From Anaerolineae bacterium (GTDB taxonomy: Bacteria > Chloroflexota > Anaerolineae > B4-G1 > SLSP01): a DNA stretch of 64,000 nucleotides. The notes under the pieces were generated by a model. That model was not told the DNA's origin, ran no database searches, and saw nothing but the letters and a program-made list of their open reading frames with translations. The stretch spans positions 21,527 through 85,526 of the forward strand of contig DAOUGD010000250.1 in assembly GCA_034429475.1 (NCBI GenBank). The letters run 5' to 3'. Below, in pieces: positions 48,635 to 57,432 of this stretch. Position 1 is the first letter of the stretch. The number at the start of each line of letters is the position of its first letter. The translations under genes were made by a program, and so were the position numbers.

Positions 48635-50257
48635 ATGAAAAACCACAAACAACGAGACATTCTGCTCGCGCTGGTGTTGACACTGGGTGTCGGGCTGGTG
48701 CTTTACTTCCTTGCCCGCTCGGAAGAAACGCCACGAATCGTCAGTGAACCACTGCACGCGAGTTGGTGGGATAGTTTCAACACGGATGATCGGATTGCCG
48801 GGACGGCAGGGGCGCCGTTTAATCCTGATGGCATCCAGCTTTCGCACATCCACGATTTGCCAGATGCGTTTATCTCAAGGGGCGTTCTGACTTCAACCCT
48901 CATTCAACCTCACGCGCTGATGGTGACGCACACCGTTTTCAGCGGGTTGCCGACACTGGCATGGGGCAACGATGGCGCGCTCTACGGGGTGAGTACCAGA
49001 TCGCTTGGCATCATACGCTATGATCCACAAACCCTGGAATCTACGACATTCATCAGCCTCCCTCTCGCAAGTCCATGTTTGCATTGCGAATCGCAGGTCA
49101 TCGCTGCTGATTCAGTGGGACGAGTGGTTGCTGGAATTGGAGGCGCTTCTGGAACGCGTGATCCCTTTGCTATGTTGATGATTTATGATCCTGAACAGAA
49201 TACTGTCGTCACGACTACGATCCCAGTTTCAGAGGCCAACGTAATGAAAATCCTGGTCGGTGCGCCGGATGGTAGTCTCTACAGCAGTTTTGGAGACAGT
49301 TTTGGCTATTCTAACGGGATATGGAAAGATCATTTGTTCAAATACGATCCCACCCTCAGCGCAGTCATGGACCTGAGTATGCCCTTTACCAACACCTATT
49401 GGAGCATTCAGGCATTGGCCGTAGCGCCGGATGGCAAAGTCTATGGCGGCGGCGGGCCGATATTTAGGGAAAGAGGCTCGTACTATTACAGAAAAATGCC
49501 TTCTTCGGATTCTAAACTATTTGTCTACGACCCGGCAACACAAGCCTTCAGCTATCCCGGCCCGGACAAAGTCTCTAGCAATCGGATACGCACGCTACTA
49601 GCCGGACCGGATGGTAGGATATACATCGGGATGGAAATAGGAGAAGAAAAAGGGTTCCACATCTACGATCCCGCCACGAATCAATGGACTTACTGGGGTA
49701 TAGGCGAGAAGGGAGACGGCAAATGGACATATTATTGGCATCAAGAAGAGAGCAGTGCCGATGTCATTGCCCTGACTTGGGGGGCCGACGACCTTGTCTA
49801 CGGGAGCACCGCGATGCATGTATTCACCTATGACCCGCATCATCCTGACCGGCCTCCGGTCATCATCGGCAGACTCAACAGAGCAGGCTTTAAACAACTA
49901 CTTGCCGGCCCGGATGGTGTCATTTATGGCACCATCGGCTCGTATGACTCTTTCGACTCCACGCCCCCAGAACTGATCGCCTTCCGCACCGACTGCGCCG
50001 CCGGGCGCATCGGCGCGTGGGAGCGCGTGACGTGGGAAGCCGACACGCCGCGCGGCACGGACATCAACATAGACGTGCTGGACGAGAAGGGCACTGTCCT
50101 CATGCGGGACATCCGCAACGGCGGCTCGCTGGCGAGCATTGACCCGCTGATTTATCCGAGCGTCCGCCTGCAAGCCACGCTAACCACCCGCAACCCGCAG
50201 GTGTCGCCCGTGCTCAAAAGCTGGCAGGTGGAATACACGTTTGAATGTCAGCAATGA
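48635..50257 (+). CDS. membrane-anchored hypothetical protein, probably beta-propeller-like
   Basis: N-terminal TM anchor. Repeated ~45-aa segments with YG/GPDG motifs. No family assigned. Confidence 0.5.
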   Translation: MKNHKQRDILLALVLTLGVGLVLYFLARSEETPRIVSEPLHASWWDSFNTDDRIAGTAGAPFNPDGIQLSHIHDLPDAFISRGVLTSTLIQPHALMVTHTVFSGLPTLAWGNDGALYGVSTRSLGIIRYDPQTLESTTFISLPLASPCLHCESQVIAADSVGRVVAGIGGASGTRDPFAMLMIYDPEQNTVVTTTIPVSEANVMKILVGAPDGSLYSSFGDSFGYSNGIWKDHLFKYDPTLSAVMDLSMPFTNTYWSIQALAVAPDGKVYGGGGPIFRERGSYYYRKMPSSDSKLFVYDPATQAFSYPGPDKVSSNRIRTLLAGPDGRIYIGMEIGEEKGFHIYDPATNQWTYWGIGEKGDGKWTYYWHQEESSADVIALTWGADDLVYGSTAMHVFTYDPHHPDRPPVIIGRLNRAGFKQLLAGPDGVIYGTIGSYDSFDSTPPELIAFRTDCAAGRIGAWERVTWEADTPRGTDINIDVLDEKGTVLMRDIRNGGSLASIDPLIYPSVRLQATLTTRNPQVSPVLKSWQVEYTFECQQ

Positions 50258-50361
50258 CCATCGCCGCCCATAGATGCCGCTTCACAACATCCTCAAAAAA
50301 AACTTCACGGCCCTAAAGGTTTTGACGACCTTTAGGGCCGTGAAGTGACTATAGTTGAGTG

Positions 50362-50703
50362 TTACGCCACCGCAAACCCCGTCAACGGGCGGACATCGGG
50401 CGGCTGGAAGGCCAGCACAATATCCTCTTTGGGGATGCCGGCTGCCAGCAGGTCCGGTGTGATGCCGTGTTCCAGCCAATCCTCTTCAATCCACAACTTG
50501 TCATCCCGCAACCGAACATACACCGTTGTGCCGCGAATTCGCCGCTGTTGGTCCCAGCCGGTCGAAACCAACATATAGTGGTCATGCTCCGTGTCGGCGA
50601 CCACTTCGGTTTCCTTGCCCGGCCTAGCAGAACGGTTAATCACGTCGGCGTATTGCGTAAGAATTTGCCGGATGATGTGCCGATAATGAGTTAATTTGTC
50701 CAT
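50362..50703 (-). CDS. xisI: XisI-family protein
   Basis: Characteristic XisI sequence, e.g. YRHIIRQILTQYA and HYMLVSTGWD. Confidence 0.8.
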   Translation of the reverse strand: MDKLTHYRHIIRQILTQYADVINRSARPGKETEVVADTEHDHYMLVSTGWDQQRRIRGTTVYVRLRDDKLWIEEDWLEHGITPDLLAAGIPKEDIVLAFQPPDVRPLTGFAVA

Positions 50704-51107
50704 ACAACCACCTCCTCTTGCGCCAGATTAACCACAATTAAGGCCATCTTATTCCGTTGCACCAGCAATTGAATAGCTTTGCGGGCGAAGACGTTTTCGT
50801 AGACGGGTAGACTAACCGCCAGATATAAATGGCGATCTGGTTCAACGGCTTCCAACAGGCTTTGATAGAGCACATATTGCCCCAAGGCTTCTTCCATTGC
50901 GTGGATGACCGAAGGCGCTATAAAACTTTTGATTTCCACCGCAATTTTCTGCCCCGCTCGTTCTGCTGCGATCACCCGTTCCGCGCCCAGGTCAACAAAA
51001 ACCGTCGTATCTTCATACTCCAACGTGTAAGGATCGTGGGTGATCGTCCACCCGTCTTTGATCAAAGCATTTCTGACAGCCGTATGAATGATGTCTTTTG
51101 CGGGCAT
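50691..51107 (-). CDS. xisH: XisH-family protein (PD-(D/E)xK nuclease-like)
   Basis: XisH signature MPAKDIIHTAVRNALIKDGWTIT. Overlaps xisI. Confidence 0.8.
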   Translation of the reverse strand: MPAKDIIHTAVRNALIKDGWTITHDPYTLEYEDTTVFVDLGAERVIAAERAGQKIAVEIKSFIAPSVIHAMEEALGQYVLYQSLLEAVEPDRHLYLAVSLPVYENVFARKAIQLLVQRNKMALIVVNLAQEEVVVWTN

Positions 51108-51190
51108 ATCTTCGCCTCTCTATTTAAAAGTATATACCACGTTGCAATCTGGACAAGCAAATAGGGCGAGTTGACAACTCGCCCTACAGG

Positions 51191-51217
51191 CAGCGCGATT
51201 TGGAAATCGCGGCTACA
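51191..51217. repeat. short hairpin cgcgatttggaaatcgcggctaca (family I), 3' of uvrA
   Basis: A near-identical copy lies at 55297..55322. Confidence 0.6.
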
Positions 51218-54125
51218 ACACCCCCCGCAAATACCCCCCCGTATACGAGTCTTGCACTTCCGCCACCGCCTCCGGCGTCCCCTGCGCCACCAGCCGCCCG
51301 CCGGCGTCGCCGCCGTCCGGCCCCAGGTCTATGATCCAGTCCGCAGTCTTGATCACGTCCAGGTGATGCTCGATCACCAGGACGGTGTGGCCCGCGTCCA
51401 CCAGGCGGTTCAGGCTGAGCAGCAGCTTCTCGATGTCGGCGGCGTGCAGGCCCGTCGTCGGCTCGTCGAGGATGTAGAGGTTGTGCGCGCCGCGCTTCAG
51501 CTTCCCCAGCTCGTGCGCCAGCTTGACGCGCTGCGCTTCCCCGCCGGAGAGCTTCGTCGCCGGGTGGCCCAGCTTGAGGTAGCCCAGGCCCAGGTCGCGC
51601 AGCGTGCGCAGTTTGTGGACGACGCTGCGCGGGACGTCTCGCGTCTCCTCGAAGAAAGCCACCGCTTCCTCAATGGACAGGTCCAGCACGTCGGCGATGC
51701 TCTTGCCGCGGTACGTCACTTCCAACGTCTCGGCGTTGTAGCGCGCGCCCTTGCACACCGGGCATAGCGTCTCCACGTCCGCCATAAACTGCAAGTGCGT
51801 GTTCAGGTAGCCCTCACCCGCGCACTCCTCGCAGTGGCCTTCCTTCACGTTGAAGCTGAACCGCGAGGCGGTGTAGCCTCGCGCCCGCGCCTCCTCCGTC
51901 TCCGCGAACAGGCGCCGGATCGCGTCGTACACACCGATGTACGTCGCCGGGTTCGAGCGCGGCGTGCGCCCGATGGGCGACTGGTCAATGTCTATGATGT
52001 CGGTCACATACTCCACCCCTTCCACGGCGCGATGCTTGCCCGGCAAGGTACGGTGGTCATGCAGGGTGGCGTAGAGCTTCTTGTAGAGGATCTCGTGGAT
52101 GAGGCTGCTCTTGCCGCTGCCGCTCACGCCCGTCACGCAGATGAAGAGGCCCAACGGGAACGTCACGTCGAGGTCGCGCAGGTTGTTCTCCCGCGCGCCG
52201 CGGATCACCAGATTGTGCCCGTTGGGATGGCGGCGCATCTCCGGCAGGGGGATGCGCGCGGCCCCATCGAGGTATTGCCCCGTGAGCGAGGCCGGATCGT
52301 GCAGCACCATCTCCACCGGGCCGCACGTCACCACCTCGCCGCCGTGTTCGCCCGGCCCCGGCCCCATCTCGATGAGCGTGTCGGCGGCGCGGATGATCGC
52401 CTCGTCGTGCTCCACCACCACCACACTGTTGCCCAGGTCGCGCAGGCGGTGCAGCGTCTCCACCATCTTGCGCGTGTCGTAGGGATGCAGGCCGATGGTC
52501 GGCTCGTCGAGCACGTACAACATCCCCATCAGGTCGGAGCCAATCTGCGTGGAGAGGCGGATGCGCTGCGACTCGCCGCCGGAGAGCGTGTTCGACGGGC
52601 GGTTGAGCGTCAGGTAGTCCACGCCGATGTCGAGCAGCAGGCGCACGCGGCGGACGATCTCGCGGACGATCTGCGTGCCGGCCTCGCGCTTCTTCTCCGG
52701 GATGGGGACGGCTTCCAGGAAGGCGATGAGGTCGGCAAAGGCCATGTCGCCCAGCTCGTGGATGTCCTTCCCGGCGATGGTGACGAGGAAGCGCTGCGGT
52801 TTGAGTCGCTTGCCGCCGCAGTCGGGGCAGGTGTGCTCCACCATCACCTTCTTGAGCCACTCGTCCATCCAGGTGTTGAAGCGGCCCTCTTTGCGGTAGC
52901 GGCGGTAGTTGCGCTCGATAAAATTGATGATGCCCCCAAACGACATCTCGCGCCCTTCCCACCGCTCGCCGGTCTTCGCGCCGGGCGGGATCACCACCGG
53001 GAACTTCGCGCCCTTTGTCCCGTAAAAGAGGAGGTCCACAATCGCCGGCGGAAGGTCTTTGAACGGCGTGTCGAGGCTGAAGCCATAGGCCTGCGCCAGG
53101 CTATAGGCCATCCGCCCCGACCACGAATTCTTGTCGGGATTGAGCGCCTCCTTCGCCAACGCACCGCCCGCGATACTGCGGTGCGGGTCGAGGATGAGCA
53201 GCTCCGGGTGCACACTGCGATACGTCCCCAGCCCCAGGCACGTCACGCACGAGCTAGAGCCAGACGGCAAGTTGAAGCTGAAATACTGGGCTTCCATCTC
53301 GCCCTTGACCATCTGATGCTCCGGGCACGCCAGTTCTACGGGACGCAGATTTTCGCGGATGAACGCAGATTTTTCTGTATTTATCTGCGTTACTCTGCGT
53401 TCATCTGCGTCCAAAATATGGATGCTGATGAAGCCCTCCCCCAGCAGCAGACCGTGTTCGAGGGAGGCGAGGATCTGCTTGTCTTTGCCCGGATGGATGG
53501 CGAAGCGGTCTACGATGACATCAATCTGGTACGTCGTGTCCTCGTCCAGGTCAACGGGTTCGCTGAAGTCTACGAAGCGCCCGTCAATGTAGGCGCGGCG
53601 GTAGCCCCGCGTGCGCACCTCGTCGAAGAGATAGGCGTAGTCCTCGCCGTAGATCTTGAAGACGGGCGCGCGCACCTCCACTTCCGTCCCGGCGGGCAGC
53701 GTCAGCAGGTGGGCGAGCATCTGCTCCGGGCTGCGCGTGGGGACTTCGGCGCCGCAGTACGGGCAGTGCGCCACGCCGATGGTCGCGTAGAGCATCCGCA
53801 GGTAGTCGTAGATGTCGGTCATCGTGCCCACCGTCGAGCGCGGGTTGCGTACGCCGGTCTTCTGCTCGATGGAGATGACGGGCGACAGCCCATAGACAAA
53901 GTCCACGTTGGGCTTCTTGAGCTGCGCGATGTACTTCTTCGCAAACGTGGACATAGACTCCAGGAAGCGCCGCTGCCCCTCGGCGTAGACCGTGTCAAAC
54001 GCCAACGACGACTTCCCCGACCCGCTCACCCCGGTGATCACTACCAGTTGGTTCCGCGGAATCTCTACCGTGATGTTCTTCAAGTTGTGTTCTTTTGCGC
54101 CTTGTACGGTTATCGTGTCTCGCAT
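51213..54125 (-). CDS. uvrA: excinuclease ABC subunit A (canonical class I) with an embedded repeat element
   Basis: Two ABC modules, zinc fingers and the UvrB-binding domain. A family-C element at 53342..53412 is translated in frame as [22 protein letters not shown]. Confidence 0.95.
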   Translation of the reverse strand: MRDTITVQGAKEHNLKNITVEIPRNQLVVITGVSGSGKSSLAFDTVYAEGQRRFLESMSTFAKKYIAQLKKPNVDFVYGLSPVISIEQKTGVRNPRSTVGTMTDIYDYLRMLYATIGVAHCPYCGAEVPTRSPEQMLAHLLTLPAGTEVEVRAPVFKIYGEDYAYLFDEVRTRGYRRAYIDGRFVDFSEPVDLDEDTTYQIDVIVDRFAIHPGKDKQILASLEHGLLLGEGFISIHILDADERRVTQINTEKSAFIRENLRPVELACPEHQMVKGEMEAQYFSFNLPSGSSSCVTCLGLGTYRSVHPELLILDPHRSIAGGALAKEALNPDKNSWSGRMAYSLAQAYGFSLDTPFKDLPPAIVDLLFYGTKGAKFPVVIPPGAKTGERWEGREMSFGGIINFIERNYRRYRKEGRFNTWMDEWLKKVMVEHTCPDCGGKRLKPQRFLVTIAGKDIHELGDMAFADLIAFLEAVPIPEKKREAGTQIVREIVRRVRLLLDIGVDYLTLNRPSNTLSGGESQRIRLSTQIGSDLMGMLYVLDEPTIGLHPYDTRKMVETLHRLRDLGNSVVVVEHDEAIIRAADTLIEMGPGPGEHGGEVVTCGPVEMVLHDPASLTGQYLDGAARIPLPEMRRHPNGHNLVIRGARENNLRDLDVTFPLGLFICVTGVSGSGKSSLIHEILYKKLYATLHDHRTLPGKHRAVEGVEYVTDIIDIDQSPIGRTPRSNPATYIGVYDAIRRLFAETEEARARGYTASRFSFNVKEGHCEECAGEGYLNTHLQFMADVETLCPVCKGARYNAETLEVTYRGKSIADVLDLSIEEAVAFFEETRDVPRSVVHKLRTLRDLGLGYLKLGHPATKLSGGEAQRVKLAHELGKLKRGAHNLYILDEPTTGLHAADIEKLLLSLNRLVDAGHTVLVIEHHLDVIKTADWIIDLGPDGGDAGGRLVAQGTPEAVAEVQDSYTGGYLRGVL
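53342..53412. repeat. family-C hairpin element embedded in frame in uvrA
   Basis: gacgcagattttcgcggatgaacgcagattttt...ttatctgcgttactctgcgttcatctgcgtcc. Confidence 0.85.
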
Positions 54126-54141
54126 AGTTCCTCCTTCTTTA

Positions 54142-54209
54142 GTTTTGGGTTATGGGTTGTGGGTTTAGGGTGCATACCACCCACAACCCATAACCCTGAA
54201 CCCACAACC
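54142..54209. repeat. family-F hairpin (GTTNTGG heptamers) between the NTase gene and uvrA
   Basis: gttttgggttatgggttgtgggtttaggg tgcatacc acccacaacccataaccctgaacccacaacc. Confidence 0.8.
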
Positions 54210-54212
54210 TTC

Positions 54213-55154
54213 TCACTCCCAATCCCCCGGCCCTCTGTCATAGTAGTATGCCGGCTCCTCCACCGTCACCTGGCTCTTGCGCGTGAGGTGCAGTGGCGAC
54301 GCAAGCCGTTCGATGAAGCCGTGGTCGGCCAGCCAGTCGTAGGCGTAACCGAGGATCCCGCCCTGCACCTTCTTGGCGAAGTGCGTGTTCAGGTCGGTGG
54401 CGGTGCGCGGGGCGTCCTCTTCGGCCAGATACTCGAACACCGGCGCGAAGAGTACATCGGCGCGCTCCACCAGGTAATCGTCAAGCTGCTTCAGCGCGTC
54501 CGCGATGACTGGCTCGGTCTTCGGACCGTCAATCAAGTCCAGATAGACGGCCTGGAAGAACGCCGGGTTGAGCTTGAGCGCCTGATCGAGCGCCTCGCGG
54601 CCCGGCGCCTCGCCGCCGAGCACCACCTCGACGCGGGCCAGCGCGTTGACCGTGTGCATCACCCACATGAAGGCGTAGTGCCGGTCGCGCTTGGCGACGA
54701 GCCACTTGGTCGCCTTCTCCAGGGGGTAGAACACGTCCGCCACGGTGCGCAGCAGTTGGAAAGGCCGGTCGCGCTCCCCGATCCGCGCCGACTCGGACAG
54801 CCATGCCGCAATGGACTCGTCCTTCGTGAAGAGCAGCCGGAACTGTGACCACACCGAATGCAGTATCGAGCCTTGCAGCGTTCCTTCGAGCGCGCGCTTG
54901 AAGGTGTTACGCGGGTACAGCTCGGCAAAGACGTTGATGTCGTCCGCAGTCATCCAGGCGTGGGTCGGCGCCCGGTTCTGCGGATCGTCGCGCAGCACGA
55001 TCATCAGATCAATGTCCGACTTCTCCCACGGCTCGCCGCGCGCCAAGCTGCCGTAGAGCACCGCCGCCAGGACGTAGTAGTCGGCCTCCAACTGCGCCGT
55101 CACCTTGTCCAACGCGGCCCAGTAACGCGCCTTCACCTCCTCTTGTTCTCTCAT
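54213..55154 (-). CDS. nucleotidyltransferase-domain protein
   Basis: NTase motif GSLARGEPWEKSDIDL. Distantly related to the 29540 protein. Confidence 0.65.
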   Translation of the reverse strand: MREQEEVKARYWAALDKVTAQLEADYYVLAAVLYGSLARGEPWEKSDIDLMIVLRDDPQNRAPTHAWMTADDINVFAELYPRNTFKRALEGTLQGSILHSVWSQFRLLFTKDESIAAWLSESARIGERDRPFQLLRTVADVFYPLEKATKWLVAKRDRHYAFMWVMHTVNALARVEVVLGGEAPGREALDQALKLNPAFFQAVYLDLIDGPKTEPVIADALKQLDDYLVERADVLFAPVFEYLAEEDAPRTATDLNTHFAKKVQGGILGYAYDWLADHGFIERLASPLHLTRKSQVTVEEPAYYYDRGPGDWE

Positions 55155-55296
55155 ACCTCAGACTCCTTTGACCATAACTGGATCGCCAGCATCTTGCCGG
55201 CCTCCATGCCGTCAGGACGACGGCGTTCCTATGTGAGCTTATCCACTGCTATAGGACACGCGCGCCAGAAACGTGACATCCCTTTCGCGCTGTATG

Positions 55297-55322
55297 ACGC
55301 GATTTAGAAATCGCGGCTACAC
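55297..55322. repeat. family-I hairpin cgcgatttagaaatcgcggctaca
   Basis: Second copy of the 51191 element. Confidence 0.6.
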
Positions 55323-55402
55323 GGCTTGTTTTGACGTGGGGATCGGTGTATAATCTTCCCAGGTTTTTCTCTCTTAATTAGTCCACACAAAGGAAGAAGA
55401 TT

Positions 55403-55837
55403 ATGTCCAACACACAAGAGATCATAGCCGTTTTGAATAAGACCCCACTTTTCCAAAGTTTGAAGCAGCGCCAGCTTGAAAGCCTGGCAACCCGCTTCGT
55501 CGCGCGCGAATTCGCTACCGGGGACGCGATTGTCACCCAGGGGAAGGGCGGCGTCGGCCTGTTCATCATCGTCAGCGGCAAGGCGCAGGCAGTGCGCACG
55601 CAGGCTGACGGCGCGCAGGTCGTACTTAACCCGCTGGGGCCGACCGACTTCTTCGGCGAGTTGGCGTTGCTGACCGACGCCACCCGCACCGCCTCGGTCG
55701 TCGCCACCGAACCCACCCACTGCCTCGTCCTCACCCAGTGGGACTTCTTGGGGATGCTCCGCCAGGATGCCGACATGGCCGTGACCATTTTGCAGGAGTT
55801 GGCCGGGCGTTTCGCTCACGTCATGAGCATGATGTAA
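55403..55837 (+). CDS. cyclic nucleotide-binding domain protein (no DNA-binding domain)
   Basis: cNMP-binding motifs FGELALL and RTASVVA. Confidence 0.75.
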   Translation: MSNTQEIIAVLNKTPLFQSLKQRQLESLATRFVAREFATGDAIVTQGKGGVGLFIIVSGKAQAVRTQADGAQVVLNPLGPTDFFGELALLTDATRTASVVATEPTHCLVLTQWDFLGMLRQDADMAVTILQELAGRFAHVMSMM

Positions 55838-55862
55838 TCACCGCCGGCGCAATCTGTTGATT

Positions 55863-55915
55863 AAAACGTAAAACGTGAAACGTAAGGCTGTTACGTTTCA
55901 CGTTTTACGTTTTAT
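55863..55915. repeat. family-B hairpin repeat element
   Basis: aaaacgtaaaacgtgaaacgtaagg ctg ttacgtttcacgttttacgtttt. Confidence 0.85.
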
Positions 55916-56089
55916 AAGATGACTTGTCACGGAACTGTGGTATACTCCGTAGACTTCACAGTAGTGCTATACCTCACTCACTTCGCAATTGCGCGCACGT
56001 TAACAACTCAATAGAACCCCTTTGCTTCGTTGGGCCGGGTCGGGCTTGCCCACCTGGGCAGGTCTTCTCACATAAAAAGGAGAACGCCT

Positions 56090-56665
56090 GTGGAAACGCG
56101 ACATAAGTCTAACGAAGTCTTGGTTGAACGACTCTTACCGCACGTCAATGCGGACCCTGCCGACCGGGCCACGGCCTGGGCAGAATGGTACGCCACCGTC
56201 GGCGCGCCCTCGGTGCTGGCCTTCGTGCGCGTGCAGAACGACACGTCCGCGCCGGACGACGACATTCTGCAAGACGCCATCGTGACGGCTTACGAGGAGG
56301 TGGAGCGCGGCCGCTACGAACCGCGCGCGGGCATCCCCTTCACGGCTTACGTCAAGGGCATCGCCCGCAACAAGATCCGCGAGGCGCGGCGGCGGACATG
56401 GCGCTTCACGTCCATCGAGGAGACGCCGCCCTTCCTGTTGGAAAGCGGCGCGCCCCATCTGGAACGCGCTGTGGAGCAGCAGGAACAACTCGCGCTCTTA
56501 CAGACCGGCCTCACACAGTTACCGGCCTGCCGGCGCCAGGTGTTGCAGCGCTACCTCGCCGGGCAGGAGACCGCCGAGATCGCGACGGCGCTCGGCATGA
56601 CGGAAGAGACGGTGCGCCAGCACAAGAGCCGCGCCCTGCGCAGTTTGCGGGAGATGGTCGTTTAA
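56090..56665 (+). CDS. sigma-70-family (ECF-like) RNA polymerase sigma factor
   Basis: Region 2 and region 4 similarity (ARNKIREARRR ... ETAEIATALGMTEETVRQHKSRALRSLRE). GTG start at 56090 with AAAGGAG upstream. Confidence 0.75.
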   Translation: METRHKSNEVLVERLLPHVNADPADRATAWAEWYATVGAPSVLAFVRVQNDTSAPDDDILQDAIVTAYEEVERGRYEPRAGIPFTAYVKGIARNKIREARRRTWRFTSIEETPPFLLESGAPHLERAVEQQEQLALLQTGLTQLPACRRQVLQRYLAGQETAEIATALGMTEETVRQHKSRALRSLREMVV

Positions 56666-56733
56666 CCGAGACTGACACGTAGGGGGATCTGGGCGGGCAA
56701 ACAGGTTCCCGCTCGCCCAGACTTCCCTACCAC

Positions 56734-56810
56734 GGTGATTAGTGATCAGGTATCAGGGATTAGGATAAGCTTCCCTGAGCTGATCCTTGATCCCTTATCA
56801 CTCATCATTG
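56734..56810. repeat. family-G hairpin of TGATNAG-type heptamers
   Basis: gtgattagtgatcaggtatcagggattaggataagc / ttccctgagctgatccttgatcccttatcactcatcattg. Confidence 0.7.
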
Positions 56811-57284
56811 TTAAGACGCGGCCCAACGCTGAAGCGCAAAATTTAAGGTTCGGTCAACGGCTTTTCAACTTTGAAATTTTTCGGATTCAACCAGCCTTTT
56901 GGGGAATTGGAGAATCAAGAATCTAAGGCCAAATCCAAGATTTCCCGGATTGTACCCGGCTTTAAGCAATTCCAGGCTTAAAATTCCCGCTACAAAATGC
57001 TCGAAATCTTGGCAGAAATTCCCTGACACCAGCTTCAATGCTTCCATTTTAATTTTGGGAAATTCCCCGACTGCTTAAAAGGCCCAAATCCAGATTTTCT
57101 GACGAAACTTCTGAAATTCCACGGATTTGGACAGCCTTTGAGAAAATCCAGATTAAACCGCGAAATCAAAAATCCGACCTTAAATTCTCCCAATTTGGCT
57201 TTTTATCCCGCGAATGAAAATGGGAACCTGCTCGTAAGATTCGCAGATAACCGGCTAAAATTAACCACAGGCGAACAACAAAAA

Positions 57285-57322
57285 ACACGCAAACCTCAAG
57301 AGGTCTGCGTGTTTTTATTTGG
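57285..57322. terminator. bidirectional intrinsic terminator at the end of the AT-rich noncoding block
   Basis: A-run, then hairpin cacgcaaacc tcaagag ggtctgcgtg, then TTTTTATTT. Confidence 0.6.
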
Positions 57323-57366
57323 CAATGGCTTCACTGATGAAAGTCAGAACTGGAGGCAAAACCCTC

Positions 57367-57415
57367 TTGACAAAATACTCTTTATGTATTATCATAATGT
57401 CATATTATGACATTA
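57367..57415 (+). promoter_or_regulatory. sigma-70-like promoter (TTGACA - 17 nt - TATCAT) with an overlapping 21-bp perfect palindrome operator
   Basis: TTGACA at 57367..57372, TATCAT at 57390..57395, and the palindrome taatgtcatattatgacatta at 57395..57415. RBS AAGGAG at 57421, ATG at 57433. Confidence 0.55.
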
Positions 57416-57432
57416 TGACTAAGGAGATCAAG

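Noticed and set aside
56811-57330. oriC or DnaA-box cluster in the AT-rich block
   Set aside because: The motifs (AAATCCRRATT) do not fit TTATCCACA. No dnaA/dnaN is nearby, and only one weak DnaA-like box (ttaaccaca) is present.
57138-57410. 90-aa ORF inside the AT-rich noncoding block
   Set aside because: No RBS. It runs through the terminator and the promoter/operator of the MFS gene, and its composition is atypical for this genome's coding regions.
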